63,512 bases of DNA from a virus (taxonomy: Duplodnaviria; Caudoviricetes). The notes under the pieces are model-generated. The model did not search any database. It saw only the letters and a program-made list of their open reading frames with translations, and was not told the DNA's origin. Shown here one piece after another: positions 1-8,646 of this stretch. Numbering within the stretch: the first letter of the stretch is position 1; the number at the start of each line of letters is the position of its first letter. The position numbers and the translations under genes are program-made. The stretch spans positions 1 through 63,512 of the IMG/VR virus record IMGVR_UViG_3300020045_009345; one strand, given 5' to 3'.

Positions 1-269
1 TTATACACAGATATTGCTGATATATAGGTATATATATATTTTATAAGCAATATAATATGATATAGCCATATATGACCGTATATGTGTGCGTGTGTATGTG
101 AGAAAGGAGCCGACATGGTCAAAAACATACTATTTTGCATATAATCTTTATAACAATGTAATATACATGTATATAGAGTGTATAAATATTAGAATATGTC
201 ATATAAAAAAGACTTCTTTCCATACAAAAAGTTTCATTTAACTAAATAAACGTGATTTTTTGAACAAAA

Positions 270-301
270 CTTGCATATAATAAAAACTTATATTATCTTT
301 G
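270..301 (+). promoter_or_regulatory. Bacteroidota sigma-A-type promoter
   Basis: TATCTTTG (-7 element TAnnTTTG) at 294-301, with CTTG at 270-273 in the -33 position. Confidence 0.7.
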
Positions 302-309
302 CAGATATA

Positions 310-393
310 ATTCCGTCCGACTATAGGAATAAAAACTTAAAGGCCCTCATTTATTGAAATACCCGTCGGACGGTATGGATATACTTGGGGGCT
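310..393 (+). promoter_or_regulatory. Structured 5' leader with two hairpins carrying complementary loops
   Basis: ATTCC-GTCCGACtata-GGAAT (310-330) and ATACC-cGTCGGAC-GGTAT (359-376); the second is enclosed by GGCCCTCA/TGGGGGCT (342-349/386-393). Confidence 0.6.
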
Positions 394-407
394 ACTTATT
401 ATATATT

Positions 408-797
408 ATGAGTACATTAAAAATAACGACAGATGGTAGAACGATTGTGATACCTATTCTTAAGAAATCAGTGATTACCCTTGACGGTATAAAAGTAGTT
501 GTAAATAAAAATTTGAAGATTACAAGAGTAAACGAATCTAATAGTGTAGAAAAATTCTTAGAATTTAATGGTTATGCTGGGTTGAACTCAGGACTTGGTC
601 CTGTTACGCAGACAAAAGCATTTTCTAGGACTCTGATGTCTGAATATATTGTATACTGCGAAGACAATAAGATTATACAGGAAAAGAAAACTGTATTCCT
701 ATCTAAAATACGAGCACTTGGTTTCAAACCCGAATCCACATTACGTATAGGAGGTGAAGTTAGTAACGGATTTATATTTTATAAAAAGACGATATGA
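408..797 (+). CDS. Stand-alone paralog of the C-terminal (winged-helix-like) domain of the D5/P4 helicase
   Basis: SNSV..FL..GY.GLNSG.G.VT..K.FSRTLMSEY..YC...GFKPE..LRIGGEVSNGF.FYK shared with the C-terminus of 6962..8422; ATG 408 preferred over TTG 354, which lies inside the leader structure. Confidence 0.8.
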   Translation: MSTLKITTDGRTIVIPILKKSVITLDGIKVVVNKNLKITRVNESNSVEKFLEFNGYAGLNSGLGPVTQTKAFSRTLMSEYIVYCEDNKIIQEKKTVFLSKIRALGFKPESTLRIGGEVSNGFIFYKKTI

Positions 798-1339
798 TGG
801 AAGAATGGAAAGATATACCAAAATACGAAGGCTTATATCAAATAAGTAATTTCGGAAGAGTTAAACGTTTGATAGGTATAGAAAAAATATTAAAACATTC
901 AATATTACCTAGAGGTCGGGCAAAAATAAAACTACACAAAAACAAAAAGTGCAAAATATTTGATATAGGAAGGCTTGTGATTAGTTTATTCTTGGGTAAT
1001 AAATTAGGTAAATTCAAAATAAAAAATAAGGATGGAGATAATTTTAATAATAAGGTCGATAATCTACTTATAAACCCAATATCTAAAAAAAAATATAAAG
1101 AACCTGTAATTAAAAAAGGAGTTTATGGTATAGATCCACTTGGACATAAATACATATCTATATATTGGAATAAAAAATCCAAACTCTGGAAAGCCCAAAT
1201 ATTTAGACCGTTTCAAACTACCGTTAACGGCGTATTTTATGAAAATGGAACCATATCCCCTATAGGAGAGTACCCAACAAAAAAGGATGCAATGTCCGAG
1301 TTTGATAAATGGAACGAAAAATTGTATAATAAACATTAA
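794..1339 (+). CDS. NUMOD4 / degenerate HNH / AP2-like protein
   Basis: WKDIPKYEGLYQISNFGRVK NUMOD4 motif; KNKDGDNFNNKVDNL HNH-like segment; IYWNKKSKLWKAQI AP2-like segment. Confidence 0.75.
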   Translation: MMEEWKDIPKYEGLYQISNFGRVKRLIGIEKILKHSILPRGRAKIKLHKNKKCKIFDIGRLVISLFLGNKLGKFKIKNKDGDNFNNKVDNLLINPISKKKYKEPVIKKGVYGIDPLGHKYISIYWNKKSKLWKAQIFRPFQTTVNGVFYENGTISPIGEYPTKKDAMSEFDKWNEKLYNKH

Positions 1340-1343
1340 TAAG

Positions 1344-1375
1344 TTTGGATAATTAGAAAATACGCCGTAAGTTTG
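1344..1375 (+). promoter_or_regulatory. Bacteroidota-type promoter
   Basis: TTTG 1344-1347, 20-nt spacer, TAAGTTTG 1368-1375. Confidence 0.7.
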
Positions 1376-1396
1376 TAGAAAATAAAAATAAAAGAT

Positions 1397-1591
1397 ATGA
1401 CTATAGAGCAATTTAAACAGAAACAAAAAGAAATGTCTGACTTAGAACTTTCAGAATTATGTACTTCGGAGATTAGTAACTTATGTCGAACTAGAGGAGA
1501 TAGTCTAATAATGTCAATACCTCCTAGGGTAAAAGATACAGATATGTTATTTTGTGAGTTGATTAGACGATTTAATTTAAATAGGTTATGA
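1397..1591 (+). CDS. Hypothetical protein
   Basis: ORF with A-rich leader directly after a promoter. Confidence 0.6.
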   Translation: MTIEQFKQKQKEMSDLELSELCTSEISNLCRTRGDSLIMSIPPRVKDTDMLFCELIRRFNLNRL

Positions 1592-1763
1592 AGTACATAC
1601 TAATACCATTATACAGAATCATAACTTTTCCGTTACTTGTCCTATGGATTATACTTATGATTGCATGGCGTTATTACCCTGGAATATTTTCTGATAGAGA
1701 TGAAAAGTTCAGTTAAATAATAAACATTAAAAATATACCTAAATACTTATTGAATAAACAACA

Positions 1764-2012
1764 ATGACAAAAGAACAATTAAAATACTGGCTTAAAAATA
1801 TAGAATGCCACTACAATCACGATAAAACGGAATTATGGGCATGCATGGACGAAGATGACATTCATGAATTTTGGAAAATAAATTCTCCTGGAATATTTGA
1901 TGACGAAGGTATAGATTGCGTAATGAAAGATGGGTATATATGTATTGATTTAATACCTATAGCTGAGTATTATGGGATTGATTTAAAAGGAATATCATAT
2001 AAAGAAATGTAA
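1764..2012 (+). CDS. Hypothetical acidic protein
   Basis: ORF in co-oriented cluster. Confidence 0.6.
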   Translation: MTKEQLKYWLKNIECHYNHDKTELWACMDEDDIHEFWKINSPGIFDDEGIDCVMKDGYICIDLIPIAEYYGIDLKGISYKEM

Positions 2013-2018
2013 AATAAC

Positions 2019-2765
2019 ATGGAACAAACATTCAGCATACCAGAAGGATGCAAAAAAGTTACTTTTAAGCAAGAGGGTGATAAAATTATAACAATTTTTG
2101 AACCTGAGTTTAAAAAGGGGGATATAATAACGCATAAGGATGGAGCTATTATTATCTACACGGGTAAATACAATTATGGTATAAATCCGTATGGTGATTA
2201 TTGCGAAAATATAGTCTGCCAAATTCCAGGAGAATGGATATTTTCAAACGAAGAAGATACAGAAAAACTTCATTTAGTTTTTAAAGAGCATGGCAAACAA
2301 TGGAATCCTGAAACAATGGAAATTGAGGATTCGAAAGTAGAAAAATTCGTAAAATGTACAACCGTATCAGGAGATATAATATATGGAAATATTAAAAAAG
2401 TAAAAGGTAGTGTGATATATTTTATAAAAGCTTTATGTAAAAATGTAATTGATGCTGATAAGATATTAAGTCTTGGTGATTGTAGTACAATAAGTATCTT
2501 TCCTAAAGATGAATTTCAATCCGAACTGAATGCTTTAGGATTTAAATATAATTTTGAAGACGATACTATTTCTGAGTTAAAGTGGAAGCCAAAATGGGGA
2601 GAATCTTATTTTACTCCTGATTTTACAGCAGGAGATTTAAGATGTGAGGAGTTTATATGGGAAGATGATAATATTGACATAAATAGATATTCGGATGGAT
2701 TTTGTTTTAAAACGGGCAAGGAATGCATAGAGGCAATTTTCAAAATTAAAAAATCAATATCGTAG
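2019..2765 (+). CDS. Hypothetical phage protein
   Basis: 248-aa ORF; FKKGDII and WKPKWGESYF segments typical of Bacteroidota phage accessory proteins. Confidence 0.65.
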   Translation: MEQTFSIPEGCKKVTFKQEGDKIITIFEPEFKKGDIITHKDGAIIIYTGKYNYGINPYGDYCENIVCQIPGEWIFSNEEDTEKLHLVFKEHGKQWNPETMEIEDSKVEKFVKCTTVSGDIIYGNIKKVKGSVIYFIKALCKNVIDADKILSLGDCSTISIFPKDEFQSELNALGFKYNFEDDTISELKWKPKWGESYFTPDFTAGDLRCEEFIWEDDNIDINRYSDGFCFKTGKECIEAIFKIKKSIS

Positions 2766-3008
2766 ATGAAAACGCTGGAGAAATTTAAAGAGGCCTATGC
2801 AAATATACTTGATGAAGATATACGAGATATTTTTAAACTGTCATAGGCGCGCGTAGAGGCTCGAAACTTATGCTTAATTATTCAATGTTTAGAAATTGGC
2901 GTAACGGAAGAATCATTAATTCGTCAACTGCGAGAATTAAAACAACAAAAGAAGACTCCTGATATTAAAAATAGAATCAAGTATATTACTTGGGCATTAG
3001 AATACTAA
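2766..3008 (+). pseudogene. 80-codon ORF interrupted by one in-frame TAG
   Basis: MKTLEKFKEAY...IFKLS*ARVEARNL...ITWALEY; TAG at 2844-2846 and the frame stays open to TAA 3006-3008. Confidence 0.5.
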
Positions 3009-3090
3009 TTTTACCCGTTTTCAGGCTCATGGTTGAATTATAATATATAAATTGAATAAATGTACATTGAACATATAAAAATGGCTTAAA

Positions 3091-3483
3091 ATGGATGAAA
3101 ATGATAAATCATTACGATTAGCATTAAAACGAAAATGGTTTGAAATGACTAATTCCGGTGAAAAGACAGAAGATTACAGAGATATAAATTTATTTTGGTT
3201 TAAAAGGTTTGTATTAAAGCCAGAGAAGCCGATTCAATTTTTTGAAATAAAATCAGATGAAGATGTTATATCTGTATGTAGAAATAGCTTCTATTCATCG
3301 ATGATTATTTTCAATCCATACGATTTAAATATAATGACTTTAGGTTACCCGAAATCAAGCGATATGGATCGTATTTTAAAATTAGAACATAAAGGAGTTG
3401 AAATCAGAACCGGAAATCCAGAATGGGGAGCAGAGCCTGGTAAGTTGTATTTTGTAATAAAACATGGAAAATGCTTAAAATAA
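3091..3483 (+). CDS. ASCH/PUA-like protein
   Basis: LRLALKRKWFEM..SGEKTEDYR ... GNPEWGAEPGKLYFVI ASCH signature. Confidence 0.75.
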   Translation: MDENDKSLRLALKRKWFEMTNSGEKTEDYRDINLFWFKRFVLKPEKPIQFFEIKSDEDVISVCRNSFYSSMIIFNPYDLNIMTLGYPKSSDMDRILKLEHKGVEIRTGNPEWGAEPGKLYFVIKHGKCLK

Positions 3484-4058
3484 TATCAGTAACGTTCGGC
3501 CATACTACAGAACTAGAAATCTCAGTTGGATGTTTTTTACTTCAAACAAACCCAAACTGGGAGTTGCATGTAGTCCATGATGGACCCGCACCAGAACTTG
3601 TAAAAAAAATAATGAATCGATACAGAGATGATAATAGAATCCATTTCACTTGCTCAGTGAATAGAAATGGAAAATATGGACATCCAAACAGACGAACCGA
3701 ATTAGAACAATTAAAAGGCAGTGATAACGACTTTGTATTAATCACTAATTCGGACAATTACTATGTCACAGAATTCGTTGAACAAATGCTATCCGCATCA
3801 GAAATGGGGAATATTGGAATAGTGATGTGTGATACGTTGCATAGCCATCTTCATTATGGTTATCATTCGAGCCAATTATATGAAGGAGGAGTGGATATGG
3901 GGGCGTTTATTGTACGTTTCGATATTGCTAAAAAAGTAGGATTCAATCATACTCATTTTTCCGCAGACGGCGCATACGCTGTAGAATGCGGAGAAGAATG
4001 CGTAAAGCAAGGATTAAGAGTAGCCTATATACCAAAAGCATTATTCATACATAATTAA
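3471..4058 (+). CDS. GT-A fold (GT2-like) glycosyltransferase
   Basis: QTNPNWELHVVHDGP, ITNSDNYY (DxD equivalent), ADG, C-terminal LFIHN. Confidence 0.8.
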   Translation: MLKIISVTFGHTTELEISVGCFLLQTNPNWELHVVHDGPAPELVKKIMNRYRDDNRIHFTCSVNRNGKYGHPNRRTELEQLKGSDNDFVLITNSDNYYVTEFVEQMLSASEMGNIGIVMCDTLHSHLHYGYHSSQLYEGGVDMGAFIVRFDIAKKVGFNHTHFSADGAYAVECGEECVKQGLRVAYIPKALFIHN

Positions 4059-4069
4059 AAAAAACAAAT

Positions 4070-4276
4070 ATGGGAAAATTATCAGATGAAAATATAATTA
4101 AAAACGGTTATAGAATAGATAAGGCCGTGCTTCTATTTACGAACAACAAGGATCATGTGGAAGTTTGTGATGGATGTGATGAATTAGCACCTTGTGCATG
4201 CATTAGGACTCTAAATAACGATACAGTTCACTTATGTAAAAGTTGCATTCAGGAAACATTAGATAGTTTTAATTAA
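4070..4276 (+). CDS. Small Cys-rich (Zn-finger-like) protein
   Basis: CDGC...CKSC. Confidence 0.55.
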   Translation: MGKLSDENIIKNGYRIDKAVLLFTNNKDHVEVCDGCDELAPCACIRTLNNDTVHLCKSCIQETLDSFN

Positions 4277-4295
4277 TAATTAATAAAATATTGAA

Positions 4296-4853
4296 ATGAC
4301 AAATTACTATAAACAAATTGATGGTTATGCCACTATGGAAGACCAAGGAGAGTTATTCAAAAGAATTTTAAACGAAATAGTACCAGGATATAGATTGAAA
4401 ATTGCCGAAGTTGGCGTTTATAAAGGCAGAATGACAGCTTTGATATGCGATTTATTATATGATATGAATATTCGAACTGATTATTATTGCATTGATCATT
4501 TTAAAGGAAGCGCGGAACATGACAGGAAAGATTACCATCCATATTTCTCTGAAACAGTAAATAATATGCCTGATTTTAATGTTCGCATAATGCCAATAAT
4601 TTCAGATTCTCTAGAAGCTGCGTCAACTATTGAAGATGGCTATTTCGATATTGTTTATCTTGATGCCTCACATAATTACGAATCAGTAAAGGCCGACATA
4701 AAAGCATGGATTTCGAAAGTAAAACCGGGTGGAATTTTATGCGGCGATGACTATATTCGTGGCTGGGATGGAGTAATAAAAGCCGTAAACGAATGTTTAG
4801 GAAAAGAGAATATTAAACGAGTGGCTAACCAACAGTGGTATTTACGAGTATGA
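4296..4853 (+). CDS. Class I SAM-dependent methyltransferase (Methyltransf_24-like)
   Basis: EVGVYKG, IDHFKGS, DIVYLDASHNYESVKADI, VKPGGILCGDDY. Confidence 0.85.
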   Translation: MTNYYKQIDGYATMEDQGELFKRILNEIVPGYRLKIAEVGVYKGRMTALICDLLYDMNIRTDYYCIDHFKGSAEHDRKDYHPYFSETVNNMPDFNVRIMPIISDSLEAASTIEDGYFDIVYLDASHNYESVKADIKAWISKVKPGGILCGDDYIRGWDGVIKAVNECLGKENIKRVANQQWYLRV

Positions 4854-5182
4854 AAACGATAGAAGAAGCAGCAAAAGAAGATTGGCTAAAAGTAATACCA
4901 AATTCGGGCGTTAATTTATTTTTCTCCATAGGCTATGAAAAAGGTGTTGAATTCGCACAGCTATGGATTCCGGTCGAAATAGAATTGCCAATTCCTATAG
5001 AATATGGAGATTTTGATGGTATGCGTAGTGAATTTGTATTAGCAAAGTTATCTAACGGAAATTGGCATAAAGCCAGAACATACTCAGGAATTATTGACGG
5101 TTCAGAATTTTGTGACTGGGGTGACGAAAATGATTTTGTACTTAGAAATGTTGTAAGTTGGCGTCCAACAGAACTAAAATAA
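4850..5182 (+). CDS. DUF551-like small protein (paralog 1)
   Basis: MKTIEE...GVEFAQLWIPVEIELP...VVSWRP. Confidence 0.7.
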   Translation: MKTIEEAAKEDWLKVIPNSGVNLFFSIGYEKGVEFAQLWIPVEIELPIPIEYGDFDGMRSEFVLAKLSNGNWHKARTYSGIIDGSEFCDWGDENDFVLRNVVSWRPTELK

Positions 5183-5187
5183 ACATT

Positions 5188-5535
5188 ATGAAAACAATAG
5201 AGCAATACTGTCAGGAATACGCCGATAAATTTTCAAAAGTGGTAGTTAACGGAACTGAGATAACTAATACGATTGAAGACTTAAATTCATTTGCAAAAGA
5301 AGATTTTAGATCTGGGATTGAATTTGCACAACAATGGTATCCTATTTCCAGGTATCCGCCTATTGATATGGAGAATGATATTATGAAAGTAAGTCCAAAT
5401 TTATTAATAAAAGAAACGAAAGATTATGATTCCGTTCGAATAGGGTATTATTTATTTGATAAAAATAAATGGTTTGTAATTCCAGAAAACGAAGAAGTAT
5501 TTCCTGATTTTTGGCGTCCAATTAAACTAAAATAA
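5188..5535 (+). CDS. DUF551-like small protein (paralog 2)
   Basis: MKTIEQ...GIEFAQQWYPI...FWRPIKLK. Confidence 0.65.
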   Translation: MKTIEQYCQEYADKFSKVVVNGTEITNTIEDLNSFAKEDFRSGIEFAQQWYPISRYPPIDMENDIMKVSPNLLIKETKDYDSVRIGYYLFDKNKWFVIPENEEVFPDFWRPIKLK

Positions 5536-5541
5536 AATATT

Positions 5542-6267
5542 ATGAAAAGTGCACTCGTATGTATAGCCAAAAATGAAGACCGGTATATTGAAGAATGGGC
5601 TAGGTATCATATTAAGCTCGGATTTGATAAAATATTCATCTTCTGTGATAATTGGAGACCTCCAGATATAAATATACCTAACGTAAGATTCTTAAACATA
5701 GAAATAAACGCCGAAAATCGCCAAATTGAAATATATAACTACGCATTATTGTCATTTGGATTCAATTACGACTTTATAGCATTTTTTGATGTAGATGAAT
5801 TTTTGGTGCTTAAATTGCATAAGACGGTAAATGAACTTCTGGCTGATAAAAAGCAAAGTGTCGCCGTAAATTGGATCCTATTTGGGAATAATAGTATAAC
5901 CGAAGATGATGGAAGCCTAGGAGTTTTAAATAGATTCACTAAATGCCAATCAAAACCAGATAAGCATGTAAAATGTATAGTTAAATACGTGTCAGGAGTA
6001 GAAATGGTTGATCCACATCATCCAAATCATCCGTGGTTAGGAAGTGACGGAGAAAATCACGAAGATCCATTTTGCGAATCAGGAAATACGGATGAAGCTC
6101 AACTGAATCACTATTTTTGCAAAACATATCAGGAATGGAAATTAAAACAGTCGAGAGGTTGCGCTGATTCAAACTTAATTAGACCTGATTCTGACTTCGA
6201 TAGGCACAACCATAATGAAATTGATGATTTTTCCGCAAGAAATTTCTATTTTGATTTGGATAATTAG
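5542..6267 (+). CDS. GT-A glycosyltransferase (GT92/GT2_4-like)
   Basis: CIAKNEDRYIEEWARYH..LGFDKIFI, FFDVDEFL (DxD), KCIV, QLNHYFCK. Confidence 0.85.
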   Translation: MKSALVCIAKNEDRYIEEWARYHIKLGFDKIFIFCDNWRPPDINIPNVRFLNIEINAENRQIEIYNYALLSFGFNYDFIAFFDVDEFLVLKLHKTVNELLADKKQSVAVNWILFGNNSITEDDGSLGVLNRFTKCQSKPDKHVKCIVKYVSGVEMVDPHHPNHPWLGSDGENHEDPFCESGNTDEAQLNHYFCKTYQEWKLKQSRGCADSNLIRPDSDFDRHNHNEIDDFSARNFYFDLDN

Positions 6268-6286
6268 AAATAAACTCGTACATTTG
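6255..6286 (+). promoter_or_regulatory. Bacteroidota-type promoter upstream of the replication genes
   Basis: TTTG 6255-6258, 20-nt spacer, TACATTTG 6279-6286. Confidence 0.7.
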
Positions 6287-6308
6287 TAAAAAATAAAAAT
6301 ATTATGGT

Positions 6309-6728
6309 ATGATAGATGTAAATGAATTGAGAATTGGAAACAAAATATGCCCTTATGTTAGAAATGAAGGCGAAGTTGCAACAATTTTAATAATAGATGG
6401 GAATGTAGATCGTAAGTTTGACACTTTATATTTAGAGTGCAAAGAGTCTTTCGAATGGACTGAATTTGATAGAGTGTCAGGCATTACAATAACAGAACAG
6501 ATACTTTTGAATTGCGGATTTAAAAATAACAATGATAGAGAATATTTTTATATTGAAATAGGATCAAGCAGTTTTGCCATTTGTATAAATCCTAAGTTTA
6601 CTGGCATTTGTTTATTTGATGACGATGATATACAAATTGGTAGGTTTTACATTAACATTGAATATGTTCATCAATTACAAAATCTATATTTCTCGCTATC
6701 CGGAAAAGAACTTGAAATAAATTTATAA
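6309..6728 (+). CDS. Conserved Bacteroidota phage protein (YopX-like)
   Basis: ELRIGN...ITEQILLNCGF...YVHQLQNLYFSLSGKEL pattern. Confidence 0.6.
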   Translation: MIDVNELRIGNKICPYVRNEGEVATILIIDGNVDRKFDTLYLECKESFEWTEFDRVSGITITEQILLNCGFKNNNDREYFYIEIGSSSFAICINPKFTGICLFDDDDIQIGRFYINIEYVHQLQNLYFSLSGKELEINL

Positions 6729-6736
6729 AAAAAAAT

Positions 6737-6958
6737 ATGAATATAGAATATATTAAACCGTTACTTACGGACGATCAGGGAGACTGGTATTCGATGAAAG
6801 ACATTTCAGAATTATCACAACGGTGCCCAGAACGCATAAGACAACTCACATTAATAGATAATCCCATAGTCATAAAAGATAAATCGCACGGAGTAATTTT
6901 ATTTCGACTTGCTGAGGGATATATATTTTCAAGAAATGGCGGCATAAAAAAACGCTAA
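6737..6958 (+). CDS. Small HTH-like protein
   Basis: WYSMKDISELSQRCPERIRQL; immediately upstream of the helicase. Confidence 0.45.
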   Translation: MNIEYIKPLLTDDQGDWYSMKDISELSQRCPERIRQLTLIDNPIVIKDKSHGVILFRLAEGYIFSRNGGIKKR

Positions 6959-6961
6959 ACT

Positions 6962-8422
6962 ATGGACGTAGCAAATACTATAGGAGAGATCGCACGATCC
7001 CTCTCTGCTATTGGCGGCCTCGGTCAAAATGACAAGAAGATCGACAAAAGTACAGAGGCGAAGATGGCTAGGGCTATGTCTAATGCTATAGCAGAACTTC
7101 CATTTTGTCGCGGAGAGGGAGGATTCTTTTATTACGAAAATACCAGGTATGTAAAGTTGTGGAGCAAATCTACCGGAGACATAATGCCACAGATAATACT
7201 TGGAGTAATGGAAGAATTAAACATTGGTGATGTTTATATGTTTGGGTCCATTCCGGGTATTTTAAAGATGATCTCAAATAGCTATAAAATACCGGTCTTC
7301 AATCCATCAAAGTCAATTATATCATTTCGGAATTGCGTTTTGAATATTACAAATATGACAACTTCGCTTCATAATCCAAAATGGATGACTCGAATATTCT
7401 TTGATTTTGATTACGACCCTAAAGCTACTTGTCATAGGTGGGAACAGTTTCTTGTTGATTCATTACCTGATGATTACGAGGGAAGACTTATTCTTCAGGA
7501 ATTCCTCGGTCTTATGTTTATTGATCCAGCCAGATTGAGCGAGGAAAAGGCATTATTCCTTTATGGAACCGGTGCCAATGGAAAAAGCAAGGTTAGTGAT
7601 GTACTTAGGTTCATGCTTGGAAAAGATAACTGCTCCGGGTATGAGATAACACAATTGTGTACCGCCTCTGACGCCGGGTATAATCTTGCCGATGCGAATG
7701 GAAAATTGCTTAATTTTGCATCGGATATGGGAGATAAAGATTTTTCTGGTGGTAGGTTCAAAGCGATAGTCGGTAGAGAGGCTGTGCAGGCTAGACCAAT
7801 TGGTCAGGCTCCATTCATGGCTGAAGACATGCCATTGCTAATATCAAGTATTAATAAGATTCCACAAACTACAGATTCAACTAATGGGTATTGGAGGCGC
7901 TTTCTATTGCTCCACTTTAATGTGACGTTTAATGAAGGAGAACAGGACAAACTGCTTACGTCAAAATTAGTCAAGGAAGTTAGCGGAATTTTCAACTGGA
8001 TTTTAGTAGGTAGAGAGAGACTTTTGAAAAATGATGGTAGTTTTACGGTATCTCCGCACATGGAAATGATGGTTGGAACTGCAAGAAAAGACTCAAACAG
8101 CGTATTATCATTCTTGAATGAAACCGGATACAGGGGGTTAAATTCAGGATCTGGTAGAGTAACTGAAATTAAAATGTTCTCTCGGACATTAATGTCTGAA
8201 TACAAAGAGTACTGCCGAATATGGAATAATATTCCAAAATCAAAAACAAATTTCTTAGCTGATTTGAAACAGGAAGGCTTTAAACCTGAGCCTATACTTA
8301 GAATTGGTGGGGAGGTTAGTAACGGATTCAGGTTTTATAAAGTTGATCCTTATTATGGAGATGAAATTTCAATGGAAGAGGAAGTTAAAGTAGGAATTAA
8401 AGATGATGATATACCATTTTAA
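6962..8422 (+). CDS. D5/P4-family SF3 replicative helicase
   Basis: D5_N-like ISFRNCVLNI..YDPKATC; Walker A GTGANGKS; motif C SSINKIP; arginine finger GYWRR; C-terminal wHTH; acidic DDDIPF tail. Confidence 0.9.
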   Translation: MDVANTIGEIARSLSAIGGLGQNDKKIDKSTEAKMARAMSNAIAELPFCRGEGGFFYYENTRYVKLWSKSTGDIMPQIILGVMEELNIGDVYMFGSIPGILKMISNSYKIPVFNPSKSIISFRNCVLNITNMTTSLHNPKWMTRIFFDFDYDPKATCHRWEQFLVDSLPDDYEGRLILQEFLGLMFIDPARLSEEKALFLYGTGANGKSKVSDVLRFMLGKDNCSGYEITQLCTASDAGYNLADANGKLLNFASDMGDKDFSGGRFKAIVGREAVQARPIGQAPFMAEDMPLLISSINKIPQTTDSTNGYWRRFLLLHFNVTFNEGEQDKLLTSKLVKEVSGIFNWILVGRERLLKNDGSFTVSPHMEMMVGTARKDSNSVLSFLNETGYRGLNSGSGRVTEIKMFSRTLMSEYKEYCRIWNNIPKSKTNFLADLKQEGFKPEPILRIGGEVSNGFRFYKVDPYYGDEISMEEEVKVGIKDDDIPF

Positions 8423-8437
8423 ATAAAATATAGTGTT

Positions 8438-8641
8438 ATGAAAATATATTTAATAAAAACAAATAATGATATTGGTTATGACGAGTATGATTCAATAGTG
8501 ATTATAGCAAAATCAAAATGGCACGCAGAGGAAATAGCTGTAAAAAAATATGGGTTAACAAACTTAGATACTAAAGAGATAGGATTAGTTAATGTAGGTT
8601 CTAAATCTGGATGTATTTTGGCATCATTTAATGCTGGATAA
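8438..8641 (+). CDS. Conserved small phage protein
   Basis: GYDEYDSIVIIA...ILASFNAG. Confidence 0.6.
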   Translation: MKIYLIKTNNDIGYDEYDSIVIIAKSKWHAEEIAVKKYGLTNLDTKEIGLVNVGSKSGCILASFNAG

Positions 8642-8646
8642 AACCC

